From positions 3,224,001 through 3,288,000 of the forward strand of contig CM075991.1 in the NCBI GenBank assembly GCA_038087875.1: a stretch of 64,000 nt of DNA. Direction: 5' to 3'. A program made the translations under genes and the position numbers. Position 1 is the stretch's first letter. Each line of letters starts with the position of its first letter. The DNA is from Malacoraja senta (taxonomy: Eukaryota). The notes beneath the pieces were generated by a model that had not been told where the DNA came from, did no database searches, and worked only from the letters and a program-made list of their open reading frames with translations. This document shows, piece after piece, positions 36,669 through 48,633 of the stretch.

Positions 36669-38796
36669 ATGGAAGGCATTTAAAGACTGCATGGATGAAC
36701 TACAACAATTGTTCATCCCAGTTTGGCAAAAGAATAAATCAGGGAACGTAGCGCATCCGTGGATAACAAGGGAAATCAGGGATAGTATCAAAACAAAAGC
36801 ATACAAATTAGCTAGAAAAAGCAGACTACCAGAGGACTGGGAGAAATTCAGAGTCCAGCAGAGGAGGACAAAGGGCTTAATTAGGAAAGGGAAAATAGAT
36901 TATGAAAAAAAACTGGCAGGGAACATAAAAACTGACTGCAAAAGTTTTTATAGATATGTGAAGAGAAAAAGATTAGTTAAAACAAATGTAGGTCCCTTGC
37001 AGTCAGAAACTGGTGAATTGATCATGGGGAACAAGGATATGGCAGAACAATTGAATAACTACTTTGGTTCTGTCTTCACTAAGGAAGACATAAATAATCT
37101 GCCGGAAATAGCAGGGGACCGGGGGTCAAATGAGTTGGAGGAACTGAGTGAAATCCCGGTTAGCCAGGAAGTGGTGTTAGGTAAATTGAATGGATTAAAG
37201 GCCGATAAATCCCCAGGGCCAGACAGGCTGCATCCCAGAGTACTTAAGGAAGTAGCCCCAGAAATAGTGGATGCATTAGTGATCACTTTTCAGAACTCTT
37301 TAGATTCTGGAGTAGTTCCTAAGGATTGGAAGATAGCTAATGTAACCCCACTTTTTAAAAAGTGAGGGATACAGAAAACGGGGAATTACAGACCAGTTAG
37401 TCTAACATCGGTAGTGGGGAAAATTCTAGTGTCAGTTATTAAAGATGGGATAGCAGCACATTTGGAAAGTGGTGAAATCATTGGACAAAGTCAGCATGGA
37501 TTTATGAAAGGTAAATCATGTCTGACGAATCTTATAGAATTTTTCGAGGATGTAACTAGTAGAGTGGATAAGGGAGAACCAGTGGATGCGTTGTATCTGG
37601 ACTTGCAGAAGGCTTTCGACAAGGTCCCACATAAGAGATTAGTATGCAAACTTAAAGCACATGGTTTTGGGGGTTCAGTATTGATGTGGATAGAGAACTG
37701 GCTGGCAGACAGGAAGCAAAGAGTAGGAGTAAATGGGTCCTTTTCAGAATGGCAGGCAGTGACTAGTGGGGTACCGCAAGGCTCAATGCTGGAACCCCAG
37801 CTATTTACAATATATATTAATGAACTGGATGAGGGAATTGAATGCAACATCTCCAAGTTTGCGGATGACACGAAGCTGGGGGACAGTGTTAGCTGTGAGG
37901 AGGGTGCTAGGAGGCTGCAAGGTGACTTGGATAGGTTGGGTGAGTGGGCAAATGCATGGCAGATGCAGTATAATGTGGATAAATGTGAGGTTATCCACTT
38001 TGGTGGCAAAAACAGGAAAGTAGACTATTATCTGAATGGTGGCCGATTAGGAAAAGGGGAGATGCAACGAGATCTGGGTGTCATGGTACACCAGTCATTG
38101 AAAGTAGGCATGCAGGTGCAGCAGACAGTGAAGAAAGCGAATGGTATGTTAGCATTCATAGCAAAAGGATTTGAGCACAAGAGCAGGGAGGTTCTACTGC
38201 AGTTGTACAGGGTCTTGGTGAGGCCACACCTGGAGTATTGCATACAGATTTGGTCACCAAATCTGAGGAAAGACATTCTTGCCATAGAGGGAATACAGAG
38301 AAGGTTCACCAGACTGATTCCTGTGATGGCAGGACTTTCATATGAAGAAAGACTGGATAGACTCGGCTGGGACTCGCTAGAATTTAGAAGATTGAGGGGG
38401 GAACTTATAGAAACTTACAAGATTCTTAAGCGGTTGGACAGGCTAGATGCAGGAAGATTGTTCCCGATGTTGGGGAAGTCCAGAACAAGGGGTCACGGTT
38501 TAAGGATAAGGGGGAAGTCTTTTAGGACCGAGATGAGAAAATCATTTTTCACACAGAGAGTGGTGAATCTGTGGAATTCTCTGCCACAGAAGGTAGTTGA
38601 GGCCAGTTCATTGGCTATATTTAAGAGGGAGTTAGATGTGGCCCATGTGGCTAAAGGGATCAGGGGGTATGGAGAGAAGGCAGGTACAGGATACTGAGTT
38701 GGATGATCAGCCATGATCATATTGAATGGCGGTGCAGGCCGAAGGGCCGAAAGGCCTACTCCTGCACCTATTTTCTATGTTTCTATGTTTCTATGT
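36669..38796 (+). mobile_element. 5'-truncated young CR1
   Basis: Near-identical to 31665-33796, with a nonsense codon at 37363 and a (TTTCTATG)3 tail. Confidence 0.96.
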
Positions 38797-39819
38797 TCAG
38801 TACCGATCGTTCCAAGGTTGCCTACATTGTGTCACTGCTCACTCGCCTGGGCAACAGCTGTTTGGGAGCAGCATACAGTTTCCTTAGAGCTCAAACATTC
38901 TACAGTTCACTGATGAGATGAGACGAGTGTTCAGTCACCCAGTCAGCAATCGAGAGGCAGCGAACCGATTGCTTCAACTCCGCCAGGTTTCCCACAGTGT
39001 GGTGGAGTATTCCATAAAATTCACACACTTGTTGCTGAGAGCGATTGGAATGCGTTATTCTCCACTTTCCAACGTGGACACGGTCATCAAGACACTTCCC
39101 AAAGGGCTTGGATTTTCTAATGTTTCTGGCCATCTATGGAGTTAATTGCATGCGTGAGTGAGTTATAGAGAGAGAGAAAAAAGTTATGAATTTCCACTTC
39201 GTTTCTGTCTGAATACATGTGCACGGTGCAGCAGCTGGTGAAGGACTGGCTGGTGCATCTTGTGAAAGATGACTGCAACTCGGCCAGGATTTGCTCCCTC
39301 ATTCTCGCTCGCCTTCCCTGTGTCAATCCGACAGGGGCTGAAGCTGGAAGATCAGCGATCCCGTGCAACGTTTTTATATCCATGAAGCTGGTGGGAAACC
39401 CTTGCCATCCTCCCATTGCAATAGCACAGGTCATTCAGAAACCAGGACCACCTATTGTAATTTTGTTACATGAGGGTAAATTAAATGTAACTTGCTTGCA
39501 ACAGGAGTGTCAGTATTAAAAACAGGAGGAAACCAGGGAGAAGGTAGGACTGCTCAAGGATCAAGAAGGGCATTTGTGCTTGGAGTCTGGAGATGTTCGA
39601 GAGGTACTAAATTAGTACTTTGTATTTGTTTTCGTCAAGGAGAATGAAATGGAGGACAGTGAAATAATTGTGGAGAACGCACTTTGTGGCTGCATACTGG
39701 CGCAGCGCCAGAGGCCCGGATTAGATCCTGACCACGAGTCTGCCTGTACGAAGTATGTATGTTCTCCTTGTGACCACATGGGTGTTCTCTGGATGCTCCA
39801 GTTCCCTCCCACATTTTAA

Positions 39820-41585
39820 ATGCGCTGCTATATCATCTTTAATAATCAACCAGCATCTTCCCCACTACCGATGTAAGGCTAACTGGTCTATAATTACCCA
39901 TTTTCTCTCTTAAAAAGTGGAGTTTCATTGGCTTTCCTCCAGTCCACAGGAACTGATCTAGAGTCGAGAGAACATTGGAAAATGATCACCTATGCATCCA
40001 CGATTTCTAGGGCCACCTCCCTGAGTACTCTTGGATGCAGACCATCAGGCACTGTGTATTTATCTCCCATCAGTCCCAACATTTTACCTAACACCATTTT
40101 CTGACTAATGTGGTTTCCCTTCAGTTCCTCCCTCCCAGTAGATCCTCGGTCCCCTAGTATTTCCAGGAGATTGTTTGTGTCTTCCTCAATGAAGACAGAA
40201 CCAAAGTACTCGTTTAACTTTCCTGCCATTTCCTAGTTTCCCATTCTACATTCACCTGTCTCTGACTGTAAGGGAGCTACATTTGTCTTCACTAATCTTT
40301 TCCTTTTTACATACCCATAGAAACATTTACAGTCAATTTTTATATTCCCTGCAAACTTTCTTTCATGCTCTTTAACCCCCCTCTTAAATAACCCCTTGGT
40401 CCTCCTGTTGAGTTCTAAATTTCTCCCTGTCCTCTGGTTTGTCGCTTCTTCTGGCCAATTTATATGCTTCTTCCTTGGATCTAACTCTATCCTTGACTTC
40501 CCTCATTACCTACGGTTGAGCCGCCTACCCAGTTTTATTTTTTCGCCGGACAGGGATGAACAATTTCTGGAGTTCATCCATGCGGTCTTTAAATTTTTGC
40601 CATTGCATCTCTGCTGTCAACCCTTTAAGTATAATTTGCCAGTCCATTCCTAGACAATTCCCATCTAATATCTTCAAAGTTTCCTTTATTCAAGTTCAGG
40701 ACCCTTGTCTCATAATTAACCGTGTCATTCTCCATCCTGATGCAGAATTCCACCGTATTATGGTCACTGCTGCCCAAGGGGCCTTGCACAACAAGATCGC
40801 CAACTAATCCTTCCTCATTACACAATACCCAGTCTAGGTTGGCCTGCCCTCTGGTCGGTTCCTCTACATATTGGTTTGAAAACCCATCCCGTATACATTC
40901 CAGGAAATTCTCCTCCTCAGCACTGTTACCAATTTGGTTGGCCCAATCTATATTTAGATTAAAGTCACCCATGATATCCCTTTTACCTTTGCTACACACA
41001 TCCCTAATTTCCTGCTTGATGCTGTCCCCAACCTCTCTACTGCTGTTTCCTGGTCTGCATACAACTCCTACAAGAATTTTCTGCCCTTGGCTTTTTCGCA
41101 GATCTACCCATATCGATTCTACAGCATCCAAGCTAATGTCTCTCCTTGCTATTGCATTAATCTCCTCTTTAACCAGCTATGCCACCTCATCTCCTCTTGG
41201 TTTCTGTCTATCCTTCCTGAATATCGACCACCCCTGCATGTTTAGTTCCCAGCCTTGGTCACCCTGGAGCCATGTCTCCGTAATTCCAACTATATTATAT
41301 CCCTTAACTACTAACTGGGCATTCAATTCATCCACCTTTTTTCACATGCTCCTCGCATTAAGACACAACGTTTTCAGGTTAGTTTTTCTTATCTCCCTTC
41401 TAACTTTTGCTTCTGTCCTCATTTTATGGCCCACTGTCTGCTTGCATTGGGTCCCATCCCCCTGCCCTGTTAGTTTAAATGTGACCTTTCCAACACTCTC
41501 TTTCCCGTTAGCTGCACGGATACGCTTCCACGTTGTTGACTCCACCCCCCCCCCCCTCCCCCACACTTTTTAGTTTAAACCCACC
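39820..41585 (-). mobile_element. Decayed CR1 ORF2 5' half (duplicate of 25095-26835)
   Basis: Same junctions and APE motifs as the first copy. Confidence 0.92.
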
Positions 41586-41785
41586 CGTTTCCACACTGCA
41601 CCTCTCAACTAAACTAAACTAAACTTAGGGCGACACGGTGGTGCAGCAGTAGAGTTGCTGCCTTACAGCGCCAGAGACCCGGGTTTGGTTTCGGTGTGTC
41701 GAAGGGCCTGCATCCACACTGTATCTCGAACCAATACTAAACTAAACTAACACCAATCGGCTGGGGATGTTTGAGATTCAGAAGG

Positions 41786-42205
41786 TGTCACACTGCCTGC
41801 TAATTCCTCTGCTGACCACTTGAGGGCGGCATAATCTGTGTTCTCTTTTGTGTTTATCCTGTTTTAGGTATTTTCACCTGTGTGTCATTATTTGTGTTAC
41901 TGTCTGAGTTCCCTTTTTAAGTTCTGATGTTTGTCTCTGTTGGTGCTTTGTCTTGAAATTTTGCTGGCTGTTTCTTGTTCTCTTGTTCACCTTTACTTGT
42001 GGTTTTGACCTTTGGTCTGATCTCTCGAATTTGATTCCTCTTGCTGCAAATGTTTGGATTTTGACCCTGTGGTCTGCTTACGACCACTATTCCAGTAAAA
42101 TCCCTTCTGTGTTTTAATTTGTTCCTGGCTCCTGTGTGCCCTCTGTGCTTGGGTCTACTCTGCTTTCATACCTGTTCCGGCAAGACAGGGATGGGAACAA
42201 TGACA
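41786..42205 (+). mobile_element. Solo LTR (duplicate of 27042-27461)
   Basis: TGTCA..TGACA termini with the same flanks. Confidence 0.75.
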
Positions 42206-42259
42206 GAAGAGTTTATTTTCAAATCTTACCCCCTCCCATCAAACTCTTTACAGCCTGAT

Positions 42260-44080
42260 AGATAAAAAATACATCTATTGATGCTCCTGAACACATCATC
42301 AGTTATGTAACACGGGGTCATTGGGTGTTTCGGGTCTTTCAACATCAGACACCCTCACCCAGGTGACCCAGCCGTGGTTGCTCAGACCACGACTTGTGTT
42401 CAGGTAGCATTCGCTCCTCCTCATGGACCTCCTCTCCTGATCCAGAGCCATCTCGAGGCCTTCTCCGCTGCCTCTGTGGTGTTCTTGATGGCTCTTCTCC
42501 TCTCCATTCCGTTGATGCCCAGTGCACTCAAGGCTTTGTAGAGCGATTGCCCTGCAAAACCTCTGCAGCCAACCTCAATGGGCATACACCTTGCCTTCCA
42601 GCCTTGTTTATGGCAGTCTATGACCAGCTCTTCGTACAAGACAATGTTTTTGTTCGCCTCTGAGACCAGGTGGATGTCTGGCCTCAGGGTGGTCGTGGCA
42701 ATGTGCTGTGCGAACTTCAGCTGTTTCACCAGGTCTACAGAAAGCTGCCAGTCCTGCACAGTCGCCAGGATGCCTGACAGATTCCTGACGGCTGTGGTTC
42801 TTGGCAGCTGCACTCCGGCCTTCACGAACGTGATCATCTGGGTGGTGGGGCGTGCTCGTCTGCAGCTGCTGATTCCCACGCTGATGACCTCTGCAATGGG
42901 TTTAAGAACCTGGTCGTGTCGCCAGGTGTACCAGCCCTGCCCAAGAGCCTTTGGGCAGCAGCTCAGGATGTTCCAATGTTCTGTTGACTGGGCATTGCGG
43001 GCAATCCGGAGATTCCGCTTTGCCCCAGATGAAGAGGTTCGATGGGTTGGGCAAGACATCGTACACTGCCTGGACCAAGAACTTGATGCACTGTGGTTCA
43101 GCCTGCCAGAGCTCAGTCCATGTGACTTTTCGGTCCATGGCCTGCTCCCACCTTGTCCAGGCTCCCTGCTGCCTCTAGCCAACCACTCTGCTAGACCTCT
43201 CCTCCTTCACCTCTGCCCTCACTTCCTCCTGGACCAGCCTGCGGCTCTCCTACCCCTTGGCCTTGTCAAACTGGGGAGTTGGGAAGATTCCCACACCAGC
43301 TCTTCCCCGAGTCACTGCTCCCACCAGGACTCTGTAGCGTATCCGAGACTCTCCTTCCAGCACGGCTTCGCCGGCTCTCCGCTTCCTCCCAGTTTTCACA
43401 TCCACCCGTGCCTGAGCCACCTTGGGATCGCTGGAGTCCCTGTACAGCATCACCACTCTGGCCCGAGTCACCTTAAACTCCTCCTCCAGGGACTTCAGGG
43501 GCAGCTGGAGCTTGGTGTTATTTCCGTAAAGGGCGATGCTGCTAAGGCTCCTGGGCAGTCCCAGCCACCTCCTGAAAAAGCTGCTGACTTTCCTCTACAA
43601 TCTCTCTACGATGGATATTGGGACTTCGTAAACAAGCAGTGGCCAGAGTATCCTTGGCAAGATACCATGCTGGTAAATCCATGCCTTGAACTTGCCTGGA
43701 AGCCCCGACCGGTCCACCGCTCTCAACCAGCTCTCCAGCTCCTAACAGGTTGCCTGAACTGATGCTGTATCCTTCAGGCTGCTGTTAAACACCTTGCCAA
43801 GACTCTTCACTGGCTTTTCAGAGACAATTAGGATTGGTTCGATGCTGAAGCGGAACCTGTCCATGACTTTGCACTTCTTCAGCACCAGTCACCTTGTTTT
43901 TCCTGGCTTAAACCTCATCCTTGCCCATCCAATCAGTTTCTCCAACCCCTGCAGGATCCACCTGCCTCCTGGCAATGACTCAGTGGTGACAGTCAGGTCG
44001 TCCATGAAGGCTCTGATTGGTGGTTGGCGCATTCCTGACTTGATCCGAGGGCCCAGGCATTCTGGCTCAGTAGACTTGAT
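42260..44080 (-). mobile_element. Hero-like RLE LINE, copy 2; continues at 52151-52204, 53827-53880, 60316-60369 and 63721-64000
   Basis: Same motifs as copy 1. An in-frame deletion at ~42638 removes ELTVPWEDRLEEAHERKMTK from the endonuclease. Confidence 0.9.
42290..42354 (-). ncRNA. Candidate non-canonically permuted hammerhead ribozyme in the Hero 3' UTR (copy 2)
   Basis: GGGUGUC-UGAUGU-ugaaa-GACCC-GAAACACCC-14nt-ACAUAA-CUGAUGA-U-GUGUU. Confidence 0.5.
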
Positions 44081-44471
44081 TTTACTTCGGAGTCACGTGA
44101 GTGACTACGTGAAGAAGAGCCCGTCCAACCGCACACGCGTCATATCGTCAGACGCATAGCGCAGTGACCGATGTGTTTGGAGTGAGCACAGCTCCTCCAA
44201 ACCGGTAAGTTAAAAGTGTTTACTTACGTTTTTCAGGTTGCTTTCTTCAGAGAACTTGTAGTTGGGAAAACACAAGTCAGAATGAAGAAAGGATGTTAGA
44301 GACGTACCGCAGGTAAACTCCAGAAAGACCGCGGGTCTGCGAGTAGCGGGCGCCCTTTTGATTTTAAATACGGGTAAATATATATACCGTTGTAGCGCCA
44401 TTAGGGCGCAAGAGAAAAAGGCCGGGTGGCCAGTAGACTCTGAACATTTTGTTCTATTCAGGACCGCATTG

Positions 44472-44980
44472 GGAGGCCAGCGCAGGGAATGCCAGGGGAA
44501 GGTCCGGGCTTAGCGTTGGCCTATAGGAGAGCCCGCGCATGAAGTGCCTGGGGAAGGTCCGGCTTAGTGTTGGCCTACAGGAGCCAGCGCAGGGAGTGCC
44601 TGGGGAGGTCCGGGCTTAGCTTTGGTCTATAGGAGAGCCAGCGCATGGAGTGCTTTAGAAGGTCCGGCTCAGCGTTGGCCTAAGGGAGAGCCAGCGCAGG
44701 GAGTACTTGGGATGGTCCGGCTCAACGCTGGCCTACAGGGGAGCCAGTGTGAGCAATGTCTGGATAAAGGAATTTTTATGCGTTGGTCTACAGGAGAGCC
44801 AGCGCCAACTATGTCTGGAGAAGGACAGTTTAAGCGTTGGCCTAGAGGTGAACCAGGGCCAGCAGCACCTGAACGAGGGCTGCCTATGCATGGGCCTACA
44901 GGAGAGCCTGCACAGCGAGCACCTGGGAAAGGGTTTACTTTGCGTAGGCCTATGGGAGAGCCAGCGCTAGAAATACCTGA
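44472..44980 (+). repeat. ~54-bp tandem repeat (~9.5 copies) in the gag region of DIRS A
   Basis: GGAGAGCCAGCG..GGCCTA recurs every 52-54 nt and encodes 18-aa units starting GEPA. Confidence 0.88.
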
Positions 44981-46750
44981 AGCAGGATGCCAATTCGCCC
45001 CCACCATGAGGAGGATTATTTCATGCAAAGATTCAGTAAATGAAATATGAGGACCAGAGCCCAATAACAGAGCCTAAAGGACCAGATTTGGCACAATATA
45101 TAACATTTGTGGTTCCAAAACTATCAGGGGTGCCATTGGTAGATAAATTAGCAATGTCAATAAATTACTTGCTCTCCCAGCAGCTCCAGGTTCTGACCAT
45201 GTATGAGCTGTCAATAAATATGAAACCCGCAGTATTGAGCATTGTAAGCAGTCTCAGTGGGGGAGGGGGGGGGGGAATAAATAAATAAATAAATGGCAGA
45301 GGGTGTTGAAATTGCTGGTCAGGCATTACGGCTTTTTGGCCAGAGGTTGGATGGAGAGCATGTGTCTGTATCACAACAAGGTTGACTTAGCACTCATGTG
45401 TAGTGCGCACTTTGAAATAAACTGTATTTATAAAAGTGCTATAAGACCTAACATATACCCTAAGTTTGGGTTCTGTACACCATCTAATATGTAATTGCCT
45501 TATAATCTGTTTTGGAAAGAATCTAGCCAAAAAAGGAATGAACCTGTCGGTGATTGGCAGATCAAATCGAAGGAAGTTTTCCCTACCAATGTGTGGTGAC
45601 TGGGGACTGTGAAGGATCAAATCGGTCTTTCGCATATTTGCGTTGTTGGCGCACTCCTCCTGAGGTATGTGGAGGTTCAATATTCCCACTAAGATCAGGG
45701 GATAACAATTGCCATAGGCAAACCCTGAGGTAGGGGGTCTGGTTCTGTAAGAGACATTAATGTTTACACTTACAAGTTGGGAAAGATTACAATTCTTGCT
45801 AAAAGAATGGCAATTTGATGTATTTATACTGTATAGTATTGTGGGGTTTAGAATTGAATTCTACCCATATTTGGTTTTCAACCGGACACATATTTCTCAA
45901 AATAAGAGAATATGCAGACTCAGGCAGAACATGAAATATTGTGAAAAAGGGATAATTAAGAAGTCAGTTCACCATCACCACCAATTTATGCCAAGTGTGT
46001 TATGAGAGCAAATAAGGATGGTGGGTGTAGAATTATTCTAGATCTGACAAGTTTTAACCCTTTTTTGTACTATAAAAAACAGTTTTTTGGAACATTTGCC
46101 AATACTATGCAGCCAATTTCAAGAAAATGCTATATGGCTAGCATAGATCTTAAAATGCATTTTACTGTGTGACTGTATATGGTAAATAATCATAGATATT
46201 TAAAATTTAGCTGGATGAGTCAACTATGGCAATTTAAAGCATTGTATTAAGGTTTAGCCTCAGCTCTGAGACTATTTGCCAGGTTGTTGGAACCAATCTC
46301 AGCATTACTAAGAAATGAGGGCCATTTGGTAATGGCCTATTTTGATATATTCTGATTGTAGGAAACACTCGGGCTACAACAGAACCATGAGTGCCAAGAA
46401 TGAAGCTCACTTTGGAGATTTATTAACCATCCAGTTAAATCGAAACGATTACCAAACACAGTTATTGATTATTTGGGTTTCATTATTAAATGAGAACACA
46501 TGGTAGTGATTCCGCCCAAGGATAAAGGCTGCGTTTAATTGGAAGTTGTATTAAGCTCATTACAGAGCACCAACCCTCAATCAGGCAGGTAGCAAGCCTG
46601 CTTTGCAAACTATTGCTTATTTTCAGCTGTACAATTTAGATCGCTGTTTTATCAGCATTTACAGCAAGCATAGATACAGGCATGGAGAATACATTTTGCC
46701 AGGCCCATGTATTTTGTTAGGCCCATGTATTTAGGGCATTTTGCCAGGCC

Positions 46751-48633
46751 CAGGGAACATAAAAACTGACTGCAAAAGTTTTTATAGATATGTGAAGAGA
46801 AAGAGATAAGTTAAAACAAATGTAGGTCCCTTGCAGTCAGAAACAGGTGAATTGATCATGGGGAACAAGGACATGGCAGGTAAATTGAATGGATTAAAGG
46901 CCGATAAATCCCCAGGGCCAGATAGGCTGCATCCCAGAGTACTTAAGGAAGTAGCCCCAGAAATAGTGGATGCATTAGTGATAATTTTTCAAAACTCCTT
47001 TGATTCTGGAGTAGTTCCTGAGGATTGGAGGGTAGCTAATGTAACCCCACTTTTTCAAAAGGGAGGGAGAGAGAAAATGGGGAATTACAGACCAGTTAGT
47101 CTAACATCGGTAGCGGGGAAACTGCTAGAGTCAGTTATTAAAGATGGGATAGCAGCACATTTGGAAAGTGGTGAAATCATTGGACAAAGTCAGCATGGAT
47201 TTACGAAAGGTAAATCATGTCTGACGAATCTTATAGAATTTTTCGAGGATGTAACTAGTAGAGTGGATAAGGGAGAACCAGTGGATGTGTTATATCTGGA
47301 CTTTCAGAAGGCTTTCGACAAGGTCCCACAAGAGATTAGGATACAAACTTAAAGCACACGGTATTGGGGGTTCAGTATTGATGTGGATAGAGAACTGGCT
47401 GGCCAACAGGAAGCAAAGAGTAGGAGTAAACGGGTCCTTTTCAGAATGGCAGGCAGTGACTAGTGGGGTACCGCAAGGCTCAGTGCTGGGACCCCAGCTA
47501 TTTACAATATCTATTAATTATTTGGACGAGGGAATTGAATGCAACATCTCCAAGTTTGCGGATGACATGAAGCTGGGGGGCAGTGTTAGCTGTGAGGAGG
47601 ATGATAGGAGGCTGCAAGGTGACTTCGATAGGCTGGGTGAGTGGGCAAATGCATGGCAGATGCAGTATAATGTGGATAAATGTGAGGTTATCCACTTTGG
47701 TGCCAAAAACAGGAAAGTAGACTATTATCTTAATGGTGGCCAATTAGGCAAAAGGGAGATGCAACGAGACCTGGGTGTCATGGTACACCAGTCATTGAAA
47801 GTAGGCAGACAAAAGGGTATCGGCCCGAAACGTTGCCTATTTCCTTCGCTCCATAGATGCTGCTGCACCCGCTGAGTTTCTCCAGCATTTTTGTGTACCT
47901 TCGATTTTCCAGCATCTACAGTTCCTTCTTTAACACATTGAAAGTAGGCATGCAGGTGCAGTAGGCAGTGAAGAAAGCGAATGGTATGTTAGCATTCATA
48001 GCAAAAGGATTTGAGTATAGGAGCAGGGAGGTTATACTGCAGTTGTACAGGGTCTTGGTGAGACCACACCTGGAGTATTGCGTACAGTTTTGGTCTCCAA
48101 ATCTGAGGAAATACTTTCTTGCCATAGAGGGAGTACAGAGAAGGTTCACCAGACTGATTCCTGGGATGTCAGGACTTTCATATGAAGAAAGACTGGATAG
48201 ACTCGGCTTGTACTCTCTAGAATTTAGAAGATTCAGGGGGGATCTTATAGAAACTTACAAAATTCTTAAGGGGTTGGACAGGCTAGATGCAGGAAGATTG
48301 TTCCCGATGTTGGTGAAGTCCAGGACAAGGGGTCACAGTTTAAGGATAAAGGGGAAATCCTTTAGGACCGAGATGAGAAAAACATTTTTCACACAGAGAG
48401 TGGTGAATCTCTGGAACTCTCTGCCACAGAAGGTAGTTGAGGCCAGTTCATTGGCTATATTTAAGAGGGAGTTAGATGTGGCCCTTGTGGCTAAAGGGAT
48501 TAGGGGGTATGGAGAGAAGGCAGGTACAGGATACTGAGTTGGATGATCAGCCATGATCATATTGAATGGCGGTGCAGGCGGGAAGTGCCGAATGGCCTGC
48601 TCCTGCACCTATTTTCTATGTTTCTATGTTTCT
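46751..48633 (+). mobile_element. 5'-truncated CR1 inside DIRS A
   Basis: RT ORF pieces 46831-48537 and a tail; internal deletion at ~46879. Confidence 0.95.
47808..47935 (+). mobile_element. 128-bp Penelope-like pLTR insertion
   Basis: AAGGGTATCGGCCCGAAACGTT hammerhead half, then GCTGAGTTTCTCCAGCA. Perfect 15-bp TSD CATTGAAAGTAGGCA at 47793-47807 and 47936-47950. Confidence 0.85.

Larger units (their letters stand above)
35312..39060 (+). mobile_element. Sushi/chromovirus-type Gypsy gag remnant in three pieces (~35312-35460, ~36530-36668, ~38796-39060)
   Basis: SALANQGA..QQLL; LQPS|FSTDRSKVAYIVSLL is continuous across the CR1 insertion; [30 protein letters not shown]. Confidence 0.72.

Noticed and set aside
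42578..43762. 394-aa plus-strand ORF, and similar ORFs at 28236, 40722 and 26109
   Set aside because: They are antisense shadows of Hero or CR1 coding sequence.
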